Shown: one piece after another, positions 1 through 11,880 of the stretch
Position numbering within the stretch: the stretch's first letter is position 1
How the letters are laid out: each line of letters begins with the position of its first letter
Source: Rhynchopus sp. YZ270_cl-10
Taxonomy: Eukaryota
Assembly: GCA_964035575.1 (NCBI GenBank)
Contig: OZ037840.1
Span: forward strand, 1,240,001-1,304,000
Length of the DNA: 64,000 nt
Reading direction: 5' to 3'
The notes under the pieces: generated by a model
Told to the model about the DNA's origin: nothing
Seen by the model: only the letters and a program-made list of their open reading frames with translations
Databases searched by the model: none
Made by a program: the position numbers and the translations under genes

Positions 1-2099
1 CAAATACACACGAATTCATCCTTCGATTCCAAAAAGGTCCGATCCTTACAGTTTGTATTATTTCCTAACAACCACTCCGTTACACTGCGTTGTTGTCTGC
101 AAAAATAATAAAACCTCCTCGAAACTTTTCTACACAAATGATTTCATTGAACGCATCCTCCAGGACCCTAAGGACCCTGAGGGACGCTGCGCGAACAAAA
201 CATACCCCCCACCCGACCGCCGACCTAAACGGCAAGTACACAAACAAAAGAGGAATACAGAACAAAAGAGGAATCCTGAACCTTGTAACGACCGCCAAAG
301 GCCAAATACCGCCAGTGTGAACCTTTATAAGGACCTCCGAAACTACGGGCTCTTGTCCTCACATCTCGGGAGGAGTCCGCCTTTTTAACCACCGGGAGCC
401 GAAGCCCATTTGGCGTCAACAGGATTCGTAAGTCGTAGTCTCTCCCGTCTCCGTAAATCAACCCTTGCTACGAAAGGCTTCCTATACGATGAACAGAGAG
501 CGGGAGAGCTTCACTACGGAGTTGTGTGCTATGAGCCTGTACTGTATGCCGCGTGCTAGTAGGCTACTCCAACAAGAGTACCGGCACGGTGATGAGAGGC
601 AAATAGTAACAGTACACCAAAGGTTGCTACTGTGAATAACTAGGCTATAACAGAGTCACTGAGAGCGACCAGCACGAATAGACACCACTGTGGGCCTCAG
701 CAGTGAGACGTACAGCTTGAAACGGTGCGAAGTGCCAGAGAGCGAATTAATAGGCAACATTGGCCACAGTATGTAATGTGTTTTCTTTCCTCTCTTCAAG
801 AAAAGCTCTTTACTTATTAAGTTTTGGTTGAGACACATCAATGGTGTCGGGTCTGTGAAGTCACTGAACTATCCAAATATTGAATTATATCGTTAATTAT
901 TCGTACCCTGCGTTGACCTGACTGCAGGGGAGTTCGCGAACTATCACGACCAGGAATTTTTAAAAAAGATGAAGCAGAGAGTTAAGAGGGGAAGAATAGC
1001 AAAAAACGATGTAAGACAAAGGTTTTACCTGACCAGTGGATTCTCCTGCGTCAGTTTACTCTTTCACAGAACCAAGCAGTGAGACGTAACTAGCGAACGG
1101 TGCTCCCTCTTGACATGGACATGCCACCCCGGTATCACTGTAAAGGAACCGGCCGTAAATGAGAGATAAATGTGCATCCGCAGCTTTGCCATAATTGTGC
1201 ACTAAATAGGTAGCAACAGTGCGCGTTGGAGACGGGTCCACCCAATAGCACAGTTCCACTCATGGAAAATAAAACTGCACTTCTACGTACAGCTTTGCAT
1301 TTGTCTCTGAGCTAGCGGTGACCTGCATATTCCCAAACTCGTGTCACACTGCTTTACCCTATTTCGCTCTTATTGTCCAGAATCACTGTTCTTGCTGTAA
1401 CGACCATTCCCCCACTCAGAGAGGTCGGCCCGACGATCCAGTGCACGAGACCACAGGCCAGAGGCTCTGGGCCCGATAGGCTAGAGAAATCGTATACGTC
1501 GGTAAATATGTAGTATGGCTCGGAGGGGTCGCGACGCTTCTCCTGTGGTGGGGAGTGGTTAGAGTAATAAGGGAATAAAACGCATCAGAGAGTAGTGAAC
1601 TGTATGCACAATAGTCTGGAACAGCGCGCTCACCGGCCGCCAACGTGGGATACAAAAGACGCACCAGCTGTGCTCCAGCCCGGCAGCAAATAGAAAGAAG
1701 AGTGTATAAAATGACCCTAAACCTCTCGTGCTTAGCCACCTTATCGCGGAGCAACATTTTGCGCAGGCCTCCACAAGTATAAGTCCCACACTACTATAAG
1801 TCCGGGTGCGCCAATGGATCAGAGGAAGACAACAGCGCTCCAACCACAAATCGATGCTCCCTGTGTGTGATAGGGGACCACATGTGAAACAAGTACAATA
1901 CAATGATTGAAGGCACTTAAGTCACCCTTACGCATGTCACTAGCGTCCGACAATGAGGAGGCCTTTGAACTGTAAAAATATTAAATATGATGATATGAAC
2001 TAAAGTCTCTTCTGTTAAAATGACATTGATATAATATACAAGTATGAAACAAACATGACGGAACCCAAACGTGAACCTAGTCCTCGAATACCGGGGAAC

Positions 2100-3490
2100 C
2101 ATGTGTCATTATCGCAACTCTGCGACACTACCGCGAGCTCGCACGCATCACTGAAACAGATGCGGTTGCACAGCAAGCCACCGCTGAACAGATGAATACA
2201 TGAGAGCTGCGGCAGCATAAAGTACAGATCGGTTCTGCCCTCGGACTGTAAAAAAGGTGTTGGTAACCTGAAGGTATCTGGTGTCCTGCTCCTGAGACGC
2301 TTCAACCCAGATGGGGGTGAAAAGCAACGTCGTTACGCCGCAGATTTTGTACTGAGTCCGCACATCATTAGGTGTATCGGGGAACCCCTGAGAGGTACAC
2401 ATCACGGTGGTGGGCAGTACTGAGGCGGCCTGGTCTGCACACCCCAACAAAAACGATCGCCATCTCGTTCCCGAATAAACGTTGCAAGCAATGCGTACAA
2501 AAGAACCGCTGTGAAGAGCACAGAAAGTCCTCAACCCCATAGACGCTAAACGTGCCGTAGACAAGCCAGTCCAAAACGGAGAAGCCTCCACTGAAGCACC
2601 ACGCAGGACACGTACAGAACGGCCTCGTGCTATGCTACGATACAGAGGCCAGGATGGCTGGAAACATAGAGATCGTCTTCGCCACCGTCAGGGTTAGACA
2701 CAGTTCCTCAAAACACAGATAAGTGCTCGAGAGAGTCGCCTGCCCACGCAGGATTCTGTTTGCACCACCGCACTGCGGACGACCCCCCTTCGGCAGCTCT
2801 CGTTCAGGTGTAGTCGAGAACTCCTCCCTCTGCGCGGCACAAGCAACTCGGTGGACACTGAAGACTTCACTGTCGCGCAAGGGGAGACGACTGAGTTCGA
2901 AATACCGATGCTGCAACGGGCGAAAAATAACCGTATTCAGTGTCCTCTTAAAGGACGGGCAATTTCCCAAGGGAGGCGCAGTACCGTCTGACAACATCGG
3001 CACTATCTTAGCTGGAAACACGAAGCACGCGGCGCTGCTTAACACGCACGCCTCGGGAAACCTTGTGGAGATGACGCAGATCAGCGACGATGCGTTTCAC
3101 CGTACGCGCGTTTGCGTCGAACCCGATGAGACGTTCAATGATCAGAGCTAAACGCCTGGGACGGGGACCACTAAGACTTCCCCAGAGCCGTTCATCGATG
3201 GCTAGCTCGTTGATTTGTCTGGGCGAAGAAAACGATGCTGACGACCCCGAGAACCCTCCATCTGGAAACTCGACAAGCAGCGAAGGCCGTATCGTGCTCA
3301 TCTGTGACGACACGTCTGGGTGCGCATCTCTGCTGCAACGGAAGGGTGACAGTCCCTTTGCAGTGGACCGTCAGATGTGACGGCAATGTTTTTAAATACA
3401 CCGTACCATACGACACTCTCAGAAGGGGAGGCGTAGGACGTATGCTGCCATTAGGAAGCCCTCTCTTGGTACTGTATGCCGCTGCCATCT
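2100..3490 (-). pseudogene. Possible highly degenerate non-LTR retrotransposon ORF remnant (RT plus C-terminal region)
   Basis: Fragmented minus-strand frames give weak RT-like motifs in the expected order (KRGLPNGSIRPT, TDEHDTAF, SRGVRVKQ), followed by a CxxC-containing segment (CTHC). Many stops and frameshifts. Confidence 0.3.
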
Positions 3491-4365
3491 GCTAGAGACA
3501 CCACCCACTGCCACTCATAGGCATCTCGGCCTCAGGGACACCCTAACCCCCCGTATACATCGGAGACGAAGGCGCACAATGCGATCGGCAAACGTGAGCA
3601 GCGGAGCAAATCCCCAGTACAGAGTTGATGCCTGTTCCATATGTGTCTGCACTTTCATAGTGCAGCGCGCAGAAACCCCGAGTAGCGAAGTCCACCGTGC
3701 AGAGGCATGTCTTCAATCACAACCAAAGCAGATGCGTAACTGATAACAATGCAACGTCACAGTGGTTCTCGAGAAGAAGTAGGATGGAATCGCAGTCGCA
3801 GCTCCTGCCTGCAGGAGCAAACAAGCCACCTTCGGATAATTGCATACATCAGTCACCATATTGAAGCCAAACCTCTTCGGATCCGTCACCTGCTCCAACC
3901 GTTAGCCAGCAGCAAAAGTAATATGAGCCGAAACTGATGAAAGCGGGGATGTGTAGGACGATCGTCTTTCATAACAGCGCCTCCTACCCCCCTCTGGCAC
4001 CAGGCCAGCTGAGGCTAAATAAATAGGAAGCCACGACGCACAGAAGTCAGCCGCGTCCTGTTTGAGGCTCAGCGCCAGTAGTGCTACCTTCAAACGTACC
4101 ACAAACAAAGAGGACCCATCGCTTCGTCAGCGGGCTGACTCCGCCCAAAACTAGCTCTTCTTTTTCATCGTCATCTTCACCTTCTTCATTTTGAAAAAGT
4201 TGATGACGTGTAGACACCTCGCAATGAAGCACATTTTTTTTTTTTTTTTTTTTTTTTTCTAATTATTCACGGTTCGGAAAAGTACTTTGCCCAAAAGTAA
4301 AGTACTTTTCCAAAAAAAAAAGTACTCGAAGAAAAAAAAGTACTTTTTTTTTTCTGTGCAAAAAT

Positions 4366-5045
4366 CAGTGCTGACGCTAAGGCCGGCTAGCCGGTCATAT
4401 ATTTTTTTTTTTTTTGATTTTTTTTTTTTCATGCCCTTTTCAGAGGTTTTTTTAGGAACCGGTTTTTTTGACCTTATGGGGGTGAGGTGGTCAAAAAAAT
4501 TTTCGCGCGCTTCGCGCGCGAAAGACCTGGAGAAGCTAGTTTGTGGGGTTTTTGGAATCCGTCCGCGCTGTGGTGGGGTCAATTTGACGAAATGGACAAG
4601 TTCTTGGCTTTTGGTTAACATCAGTGTATGGTGAAGGGCCAAGTGATCCTGCCGACTGAACAAGAAAAGGGTGAAAATGGGTCAAGGGCTGCCGCGCCGC
4701 AGGCGGAAATTTTTAGATGTCGTCCACTTTTGGGCTCAGTACCCAGTACCGTGTCATGCAATTACGATAAGCTTGCGCCGCAGGCGCACGGTACGCTACT
4801 TTTATTATTTCGCCATATCCTTTTTTCTCATTCCTCGTTGGGTTCTACGAGCTCCGTCCGTCAAATTCTAGGGTATCCACAGATTTCGAGGAGGGCATTT
4901 CCGCCCATCCCCTACCCTACCTAACCACCCACCCAATACCGGTCATATATGACCGGTCATATATGACCGGCATATTTTCAGGTTTTTTTTTTTTTTTTTT
5001 TTTTTTGGTCATATATGACCGGCTTTTTCCTTAGCGTCAGCACTG
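4366..5045. mobile_element. Non-autonomous hAT-type MITE (680 bp)
   Basis: 17-bp TIR CAGTGCTGACGCTAAGG / CCTTAGCGTCAGCACTG; 8-bp TSD GCAAAAAT at 4358-4365 and 5046-5053; subterminal CCGGTCATAT repeats. Confidence 0.9.
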
Positions 5046-5309
5046 GCAAAAATTGTACGGAGGAGGCTACGTCAAATCTCAGTTAATACCAGTTAATACG
5101 GAGGGTGTCTAAAAAGGTCAAAAACGGAAAAAATGGAAAAAAAGGTGAAAAAAAATTGGGGTGTTTTTGACCAAAAAAAGAGTGAGGGGAGTTGGGTCCA
5201 GTCATAGGGGAGTAGAGCAATTTTTAAAAAATTCTACCAAAAATGCACAGCATTTTTCAAGCACATAGGCAGATTTTCGCTTTTTTATAAAAAATTGAGG
5301 AAACCGAAA

Positions 5310-6040
5310 TATCCCACTGTAGCTGTCTTCCTCAGAGGTCGGAGCCCAAAATAGGCCGTTCTTCCTGCGGAAAGTAGTGCGTACACTGTCCATATCTTCG
5401 AAGATGAACTGTTTCGGCTCGCAGAACACCTCAAATTACTTGCAGCTTGCGAGTCTCCGTGTTCTTGAAGGGTGGGGCGTAGAGGGAGAAGGCAGCAATC
5501 ACATTGAGCGGAGGGCGTCGAAAAAGTCTATGTGAGCCGCGCGACTGTTCACGATGCCAGTGAAGAAGTCTTTCGGGAATCCTTGCCGGAAGGGCGTACG
5601 ACCGTGGGTGAGACACCTGAGGAGTATTGGAGCACCCTCCGCTTGATGGCAGACGGCGTATGTCCTGGCGCAGACGCTTGGGGCTCACACACCCTCGGTG
5701 CTACAGGATCTTGAGGGTTTGACGCACTGTTGGCTGCGTGCTCGGTGGGTCACAAGAAGAGGTTGAAGCTTGTAGACACCAGCACCGGCACGAGTCAAGT
5801 CACAAAGAGCTAAGGAGAACTGACGTGCGGTGGGGAAGGTTCCCTCCGACCGTCCGGACTTGGCGGTCTGCACCCCCATCCTCGTCAAGAATTGGCTAGA
5901 GCACATGGCACCCAGAGCAGTGACCGGTCCGACGCTCGCATGTGAGCGTCGCTCCTCCGGAAGCTGGTAGTGGCCCAAGTCCACACGGACTAGAGGCCGC
6001 CGATGAGCAGGAAACTGCAGGAGGGCATGCCACAAGGGCT
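5310..6040 (+). pseudogene. Degenerate non-LTR reverse transcriptase fragment
   Basis: Plus-strand translation gives EEYWSTLRLMADGVCPGADA (resembling RT domain 0, kaPGpDG) and ends RKLQEGMPQG (resembling the GvPQG motif). Interrupted by stops and flanked by AT-rich repeats. Confidence 0.5.
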
Positions 6041-7131
6041 AACGAAACCATGGTAATGGGCCTATGTGGGGTTACAGACGTGTATATGGTGTAACCACAG
6101 ATGCTCAAAACACCCGATTTTTACGTTTTTTTGCATTTTTCGGTGCCCCAAGCCACCCACCCCAGGGGGCCAAAAAATTTTCGAAAAAAAAAAAATTTTT
6201 TTGTGTTATCAAGCATTGACGAATAGAAATGGAAAACGACGGATGGTGCGTGCCCGCTTTAGCGTATTGTTTTTCCACTAACATCACTCACATTCATCAG
6301 TGAAAAACACAATCCTTTTGCGGTGCGATAAACGAAAAAGTGTTTTCTTTATTTCATTTAACTGTCATATCCTGAAGTCGTTTTCTATTTTTCAGATTTT
6401 GCTAAGGTAAAATGTGACTGTGAAAACGATCCTCAAAATAGGGGATCCTCCAAATTCCCGTTTTTCCCTTTTTTCCCCTTTCCCCTTAGTCATTTTTCCC
6501 GTTGCCTTGTCGAAAAAAAAATTTTTGGGTCAAAAAAAAAAAGTGAAAATTTTTCACAAATTTCGATCCTACGACCACCCACAGGTGACGAAAACTCCGT
6601 TTTCGTGAAAAAAAAAATTTTTTTTTTGGGTCAAACAGCGCCTTGCCTATAGGCACAGGCTTGTACAGAGACGTGTATATGGTGTAACCACAGATGCTCA
6701 AAACACCCGATTTTTGCGTTTTTTTGCATTTTTCGGTGCCCCCAGACCCACCCCACAGCAGAGAATAAGGTAGGGGGGACCGGGGACCGGGGACCGGGGA
6801 GCGGGTTATTCTCAGCCGGGCTGGGACACTATATGTAGAAAACAGTGGTGAAAACGCCCGAAAGTGGGAGGGGACCCGGGCGCGGGAGGGTGGGAGGGGG
6901 GGGTTTTTTTTTTGAATACTTGAATATTTGATAACATGCAGCCGCTTTATGAAAACTGAGTTGCAGTAGTGTAGGTACCCGAAGATGCACTCCACTATAC
7001 ACAATGCGTGATCGCCGAAGAACTCGGCGATTTCACTTGTGAAGATGATCACCGCAAAAGAAAACAGAAAAAGAAGAAAAAATAACCCTCGCCCACCCGT
7101 GCAAATGATAAAAACACCCTCAATTCATTCA

Positions 7132-10100
7132 TTACTCCTCTCCCTCCTCATATTCCGATTCTTCCTCTTCCTCCTCTTCCTCCCCTTTCTCGTCGGTATC
7201 GTCGGTATCCAGGTCGATCATAGGCAACGCTCCACCTTCAGTGTCTCCTTCCTCTTCCTCTTCCTCCTCTTCCTCCCCTTTCTCGTCGGTATCGGTATCG
7301 TCGAAAGAGTCGTACTCATCGTACTCAAGGTCCATGAGTTCAACGTCTTCATCAAAGAGCTTGACGTTGTTCTTCTCGATGTGGGCTGCAACTTCCTGCA
7401 CGTTATCTTCGTTCGAAGGTTCCCCCTTTTTCCGACCACCTCCCGGTGCGCGTCTTTGAATATCAGAGGAAGAGAACAGTCGGATACCTCGCTTGATGAA
7501 CGCCGTCGCCGCGTCTATGTCACTCACGTCAGGCGCACGCCGCTTGAAGGTGAGTTCATCGCTTAATGTTTTGATTGAAACGTTTGTGCGGCTTTTCGGC
7601 ATAGCCCTCAAGATCCCAAAGTCACTCTCACATGATGAGGCTGTGGGAGAAGACATGCACAAAGCAAACCGAAGTGTCCGGATAACGCGCACAATGTCTT
7701 CTTTTGCAAAAGTGTTGTTCTCATCTTCAACAGCGTCCCACAATTCCTGTTGGCGTCTTCTCCAAAATTCGTTGAACGCCGGTCTTGCACCTGCTTTGTC
7801 GCGATCGCGCCCGTCTTTGATAAAATGCCATAATTCAAGGTGCTGAGGTGTGGCGGCGTTGCCCGAGTTCGCCTGCTTGTGGAGGTGCGAAAATATACTA
7901 TCACACGCCTCCTCCCCCACTTGGACAGCCCAGGCAATCCCAACGAGCAATCCTGCCGCGTGAGTGGTTGCGGAAAGGATGCTCTTCGGGGAAATAGCGT
8001 TGACAAGAGCGCTGTGGCAGTCGGGCTTGAAGGAGCCCCCGGTGAAGGCTCCTTTCAATGCCAGTTGTGCTTTGTAGAGGTGGGGGATGACGTGTGCGCC
8101 TTTCGTGCACGACCGCTGAGCAATCAATTGAGGTCTCTTTATAAGTTCGAAAGCTTTCAAAAAATAATCAAGCGAATTCTTAAAGCGACTTGACTCCAGT
8201 GTTTTGGCGAAGTTGGAACGCTTACGGGCTGCTGCGTCTCTGCTCTTTTTGTTTTTGTTATTGGAGCGGGTGCGTAGCGTGCTGGCTTCGTTCTTCAGAT
8301 GATCGCACCACAAAGTTTTCATTTTATCAGCTTTTCGCAAGGAGGTGAACCACTTGGCTTGCCACCTGATCCTCCAGCTGCCACAAGGCTTGTACGCCCT
8401 TTTATTTTCGGCCGTCGCGCGGAGTTTGAGGGATCTCCTCATCAAACCACTTTGTCGGTAGATGGTTTGAACATCTCGGATGGTCTCAGTAAGGAATTTG
8501 AATTCCTTGTCGTCCTTCACCTGAGCCATCACCTGCGTCTGGATCTTGTGGGGACAATCCACCACGAAGATCTGCGGTTGCCTGTCCGCTTTTGACGCAA
8601 ACTTGTGGAGTTGCCCTAGTACACCAACCCCTTTACCAGAGATCGTGCTTGCGTCGTCGCTGATGACCCCGGTGATGTGCTCAGGGAGGAGGCCGTGGAC
8701 CTTCAGAATCCCCACAAACGCTTCGCGGCAGATGGACTCACCGTCCGCGTGAAGCCGAATCTCGGCGAGTCCAAGCAGGATCTCCTCCAGCAAAAGGGTG
8801 TCGGTGTTCACGTGCCGCAACCGGAAGGTGTACGCCTCCTCGCCCGTCGCCACCTCGCTTCCGTCCAGCAGCACAAAAAGGGGCATTTCTGCGTCGACAC
8901 TCTTCAGCAGACGCTTGGCCGTGTCGGATACGATCATACGTTTCCAAACATCAAGAATAACCGGAATGTGGTGACGGTTCAGGTACTGAGTGGGCAAAAG
9001 CGTTCCCTGCAACCGTTCCCCCGCCAGCGCCGTCTCGATGCCGGAGTGGCTCTGCCCGTCCTTGAGCCCGGAGTAGATGCGGCAGTGCCAGTTGAACAGG
9101 GCATCATCAATTGGTTTCTCATCTGACGGCTCTTCAACACAAACGTCGGGGACAGGTGCGGGAGGCCGAGTAGTAAGCGTGGCGTGATCATTTTTTTCGT
9201 TGTGGTCTTCGTCTTCGTCTTCGTCTTCGTCTTCGGCTTCGGCTTCGGCTTCGGCTTCGGCTTCGGCTTCGGCTTCGGCTTCGGCTTCGGCTTCGGCTTC
9301 GGCTTCGGCTTCGGCTTCGGCTTCGGCTTCGGCTTCGGCTTCGGCTTCGGCTTCGGCTTCGGCTTCGGCTTCGGCTTCGGCTTCGGCTTCGGCTTCGGCT
9401 TCGGCTTCGGCTTCGGCTTCGGCTTCGGCTTCGGCTTCGGCTTCGGCTTCGGCTTCGGCTTCGGCTTCGGCTGCCGCCAAGGCCGCAACTGCTTTCTTGT
9501 GAAACTCGGTGTTCAGGTGGCCTCTGATCATTTTTTGCTCCTCGCCACCCTTCTTGAGGGGGGTGCGGCCGTCAATGAACCCGCACTTGTTGGCTTGAGC
9601 CGGCTTTTTCATCAGCTTCCGATCCACAGCCGTTCTGCAGGCAATGCACCGCACCTTGCCACCAACAACCGTCTCGAACTTGCGTGGTGCGGGCGTTCCA
9701 ACCGATGGTGCAGAGGGCGTTCCAACCGATGGTGCAGAGAAGAGGGGACGAATGGACTTGGCGCGTGGATCGTTGATGAGCTTCAACGTGAAGAAATGCG
9801 CAAGCTGCATTTCGTTCGGGGAGGGGACGTGCACGATCACGACGAGGGGGAGTGAATGCTTGGATAGCAAAATCCGAGCACTCTGTTCGTAGGTTGCCCC
9901 GAGAAGAAGGAGGGGGACAACCTGGGTTGGATGCTTCAACGTCTGCATCCACAGCTCCAGCTCTGTGTTTTTGAGGCCGATGGCCTCTTCGGAAGTGAGG
10001 GATGTTTTCCGCACTTCCTGCTGCTCCGTCGTCAACCCCATGCTTCTGCCAGCTGCACTCCACCACGTGGCGAGGTGCCGGTTGCTCGGCTTCCCGGGCT

Positions 10101-10269
10101 TCCGACCTCTGGCGAGCTCCTCTGCCGCATACCCCGCCACGTAGCCGCAGTCGAACCGGGTGGTGGTGGCGTCGTTGAACCCACCCGGTTGGTGCTGAGC
10201 TCCAAACGCTGTGAGCACCTTGCTGACAGCAGAGGTGCTGGTGAGGGAGTCGTAGACTTGCCCTTGCAT
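7132..10269 (-). CDS. hAT-family DDE transposase (ZNF862/hATC-like) with Zn-finger-like region, (AE)n tract and acidic tail
   Basis: Uninterrupted ORF, first ATG at 10269. Motifs CIAC...HLNTEFHKKA, LLDGS (D1), ISDDAS (D2), DCPH, WRIRW, and SPTASSCESDFG (hAT C-terminal dimerisation / catalytic E region). Confidence 0.85.
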   Translation of the reverse strand: MQGQVYDSLTSTSAVSKVLTAFGAQHQPGGFNDATTTRFDCGYVAGYAAEELARGRKPGKPSNRHLATWWSAAGRSMGLTTEQQEVRKTSLTSEEAIGLKNTELELWMQTLKHPTQVVPLLLLGATYEQSARILLSKHSLPLVVIVHVPSPNEMQLAHFFTLKLINDPRAKSIRPLFSAPSVGTPSAPSVGTPAPRKFETVVGGKVRCIACRTAVDRKLMKKPAQANKCGFIDGRTPLKKGGEEQKMIRGHLNTEFHKKAVAALAAAEAEAEAEAEAEAEAEAEAEAEAEAEAEAEAEAEAEAEAEAEAEAEAEAEAEAEAEAEAEAEAEAEAEAEAEAEAEAEAEDEDEDEDEDHNEKNDHATLTTRPPAPVPDVCVEEPSDEKPIDDALFNWHCRIYSGLKDGQSHSGIETALAGERLQGTLLPTQYLNRHHIPVILDVWKRMIVSDTAKRLLKSVDAEMPLFVLLDGSEVATGEEAYTFRLRHVNTDTLLLEEILLGLAEIRLHADGESICREAFVGILKVHGLLPEHITGVISDDASTISGKGVGVLGQLHKFASKADRQPQIFVVDCPHKIQTQVMAQVKDDKEFKFLTETIRDVQTIYRQSGLMRRSLKLRATAENKRAYKPCGSWRIRWQAKWFTSLRKADKMKTLWCDHLKNEASTLRTRSNNKNKKSRDAAARKRSNFAKTLESSRFKNSLDYFLKAFELIKRPQLIAQRSCTKGAHVIPHLYKAQLALKGAFTGGSFKPDCHSALVNAISPKSILSATTHAAGLLVGIAWAVQVGEEACDSIFSHLHKQANSGNAATPQHLELWHFIKDGRDRDKAGARPAFNEFWRRRQQELWDAVEDENNTFAKEDIVRVIRTLRFALCMSSPTASSCESDFGILRAMPKSRTNVSIKTLSDELTFKRRAPDVSDIDAATAFIKRGIRLFSSSDIQRRAPGGGRKKGEPSNEDNVQEVAAHIEKNNVKLFDEDVELMDLEYDEYDSFDDTDTDEKGEEEEEEEEEGDTEGGALPMIDLDTDDTDEKGEEEEEEEESEYEEGEE
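9208..9471 (-). repeat. In-frame hexamer microsatellite (GCCGAA)n then (GACGAA)n encoding poly(Ala-Glu)/(Asp-Glu)
   Basis: Perfect TTCGGC tandem array on the + strand, about 40 units, inside the transposase ORF. Confidence 0.95.
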
Positions 10270-10404
10270 AGTGTTTTGAGTAATTGAGGAGATGTGGTGG
10301 TGGTCTGTTATGTTGTGTGAGGAGGGGGGTGGGGTTCGTGTGCATGAGGCGTGAAAAGGGGGGATGGGGGGGAAACGTTTAAGTATCACTATTAGGACTA
10401 GCCA

Positions 10405-10550
10405 GGGACCGGGACCGGGACCGGGGGACCGGGATCGGGGGACCGGGATCGGGGGACCGGGATCGGGGGACCGGGATCGGGGGACCGGGATCGGGGGACC
10501 GGGATCGGGGGACCGGGACCGGGACCGGGGACCGGGGACCGGGGACCGGG
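10405..10550. repeat. Subterminal GGGACC/GGGATC array of the hAT element (likely transposase-binding sites)
   Basis: Tandem GGGACCG/GGGATCG units next to the TIR; a shorter version lies at 6774-6800. Confidence 0.8.
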
Positions 10551-10711
10551 CTTATTCTCAGCTGTGACCCACCCCAGGGGGCCAAAAATTTTTCGAAAAA
10601 AAAATTTTTTTTTTCGGATTTTGCTAAGGTAAAATGTGACTGTGAAAAATGATCCTCAAAATAGGGGATCCTCCAAATTCCCGTTTTTCCCTTTTTTCCC
10701 CTTTCCCCTTA

Positions 10712-11880
10712 GGGTAGCACAATTAAAAATATTGTTTAGTGTCCTGCGCGCGAACAGATTTTTGGAAATCCAAAAAAAAAAAATAATTGGGACACAACTA
10801 CAAAAAAAATAATTTTTATGGTTGGTAAGTTGAAGTCAGGACGGACGAAGTCTCGGAGGGCCCTAAGGGGGAAGGTAGGTAGGGCACTTCTGTCTAGGAA
10901 AAAGTGACCAGAAAAAAAAAAAAATGTTGGGGTCCCGTGCTCCCAAATGTGCGAAATAAGCAAGAAATAAGCATTTTTGCGCACACGTGTATAAAAAAAA
11001 ATCCGCCTCCGGCGGGGTTCGTTTTCGAGGATTTTCAGAGATCTCACGTTATGAAGATTTCCTTAAGAAACCATTGAATCTCATATTTCAGAATAATAGT
11101 ACCTTAGAGTGTTTTTGAACACACATGTGACCCCACCGTGGAGAGCAATCGGCTCGTGCAATCAAAAGAAAGTGGAGAAAAGGTACAAGAATAAAAAAAG
11201 TTGGGTACCGTGCGACCCTACCAGTTTCTACAGGCAAACACTTGCCCCCTTTACCTTACACTGACGGGTTTTGACCAAAACCAAGAACTTGTCCATTTCG
11301 GCAAATTGACCCCACCACAGAACGGACGGATTCCGGAAATGCAAATGCCGATGTTTTCGCGCATTTTCATGTTTCAAGACGTCAGGATCAGGGAGAGAAA
11401 ATCTGGTTGTGGGATTTACCTTGGCCCTCTTTACCCTACATGTATTTTGACCAAAACCAAGAATTTGGCCATTTCGGCAAAGTGACCCCACCACAGTGCG
11501 GACGGATTCCGGAAATCCCAATCGCGGTATGTTTTCGGGCTGAAAACCCACTGTTTTTTCAGGGGAAAAAATTGCTTCCAAATGTCGGAATTTTCCGAAT
11601 TTTCCTGAAAATGACCCTTGTTTACGAGTATGGGTTCATATTTTGCGAAAATTTAAGTCACTAAAATTTTGTCCATTTTTCCGTATTCACCCCACCACAA
11701 GCCGGGATTGGCTCAGAAATGCAACAAAACGCCCCAGAGTTAGGAAATAGCCTGAAAAGAGGGCAAAATAGGTGAGGGAAAAATTATTTTTTTTTGACTA
11801 GTTATTTTTTTTTTGCGTGCGTGCGAACAGATTTTTGGGGAGCGGTGGGACACTAAACAAGGTTTTTAATTGTGCTACCC
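10712..11880. mobile_element. PIF/Harbinger-type non-autonomous element
   Basis: TIR GGGTAGCACAATTAAAAA / TTTTTAATTGTGCTACCC; TTA duplication (10709-10711, 11881-11883); empty site CCCCTTAGTCATTTT seen at 6482-6496. Confidence 0.88.

Larger units (their letters stand above)
6754..10566 (-). mobile_element. Autonomous-looking hAT DNA transposon (3813 bp)
   Basis: TIR CACAGC(A/T)GAGAATAAG at both ends; 8-bp TSD ACCCACCC (6746-6753, 10567-10574); the empty-site sequence is seen at ~12944-12960; GGGACC/GGGATC subterminal arrays; contains the transposase ORF. Confidence 0.92.

Noticed and set aside
8979..9855. Overlapping (PK)n, (GF)n and (SA)n ORFs
   Set aside because: Alternative frames of the hexamer tract within the transposase.
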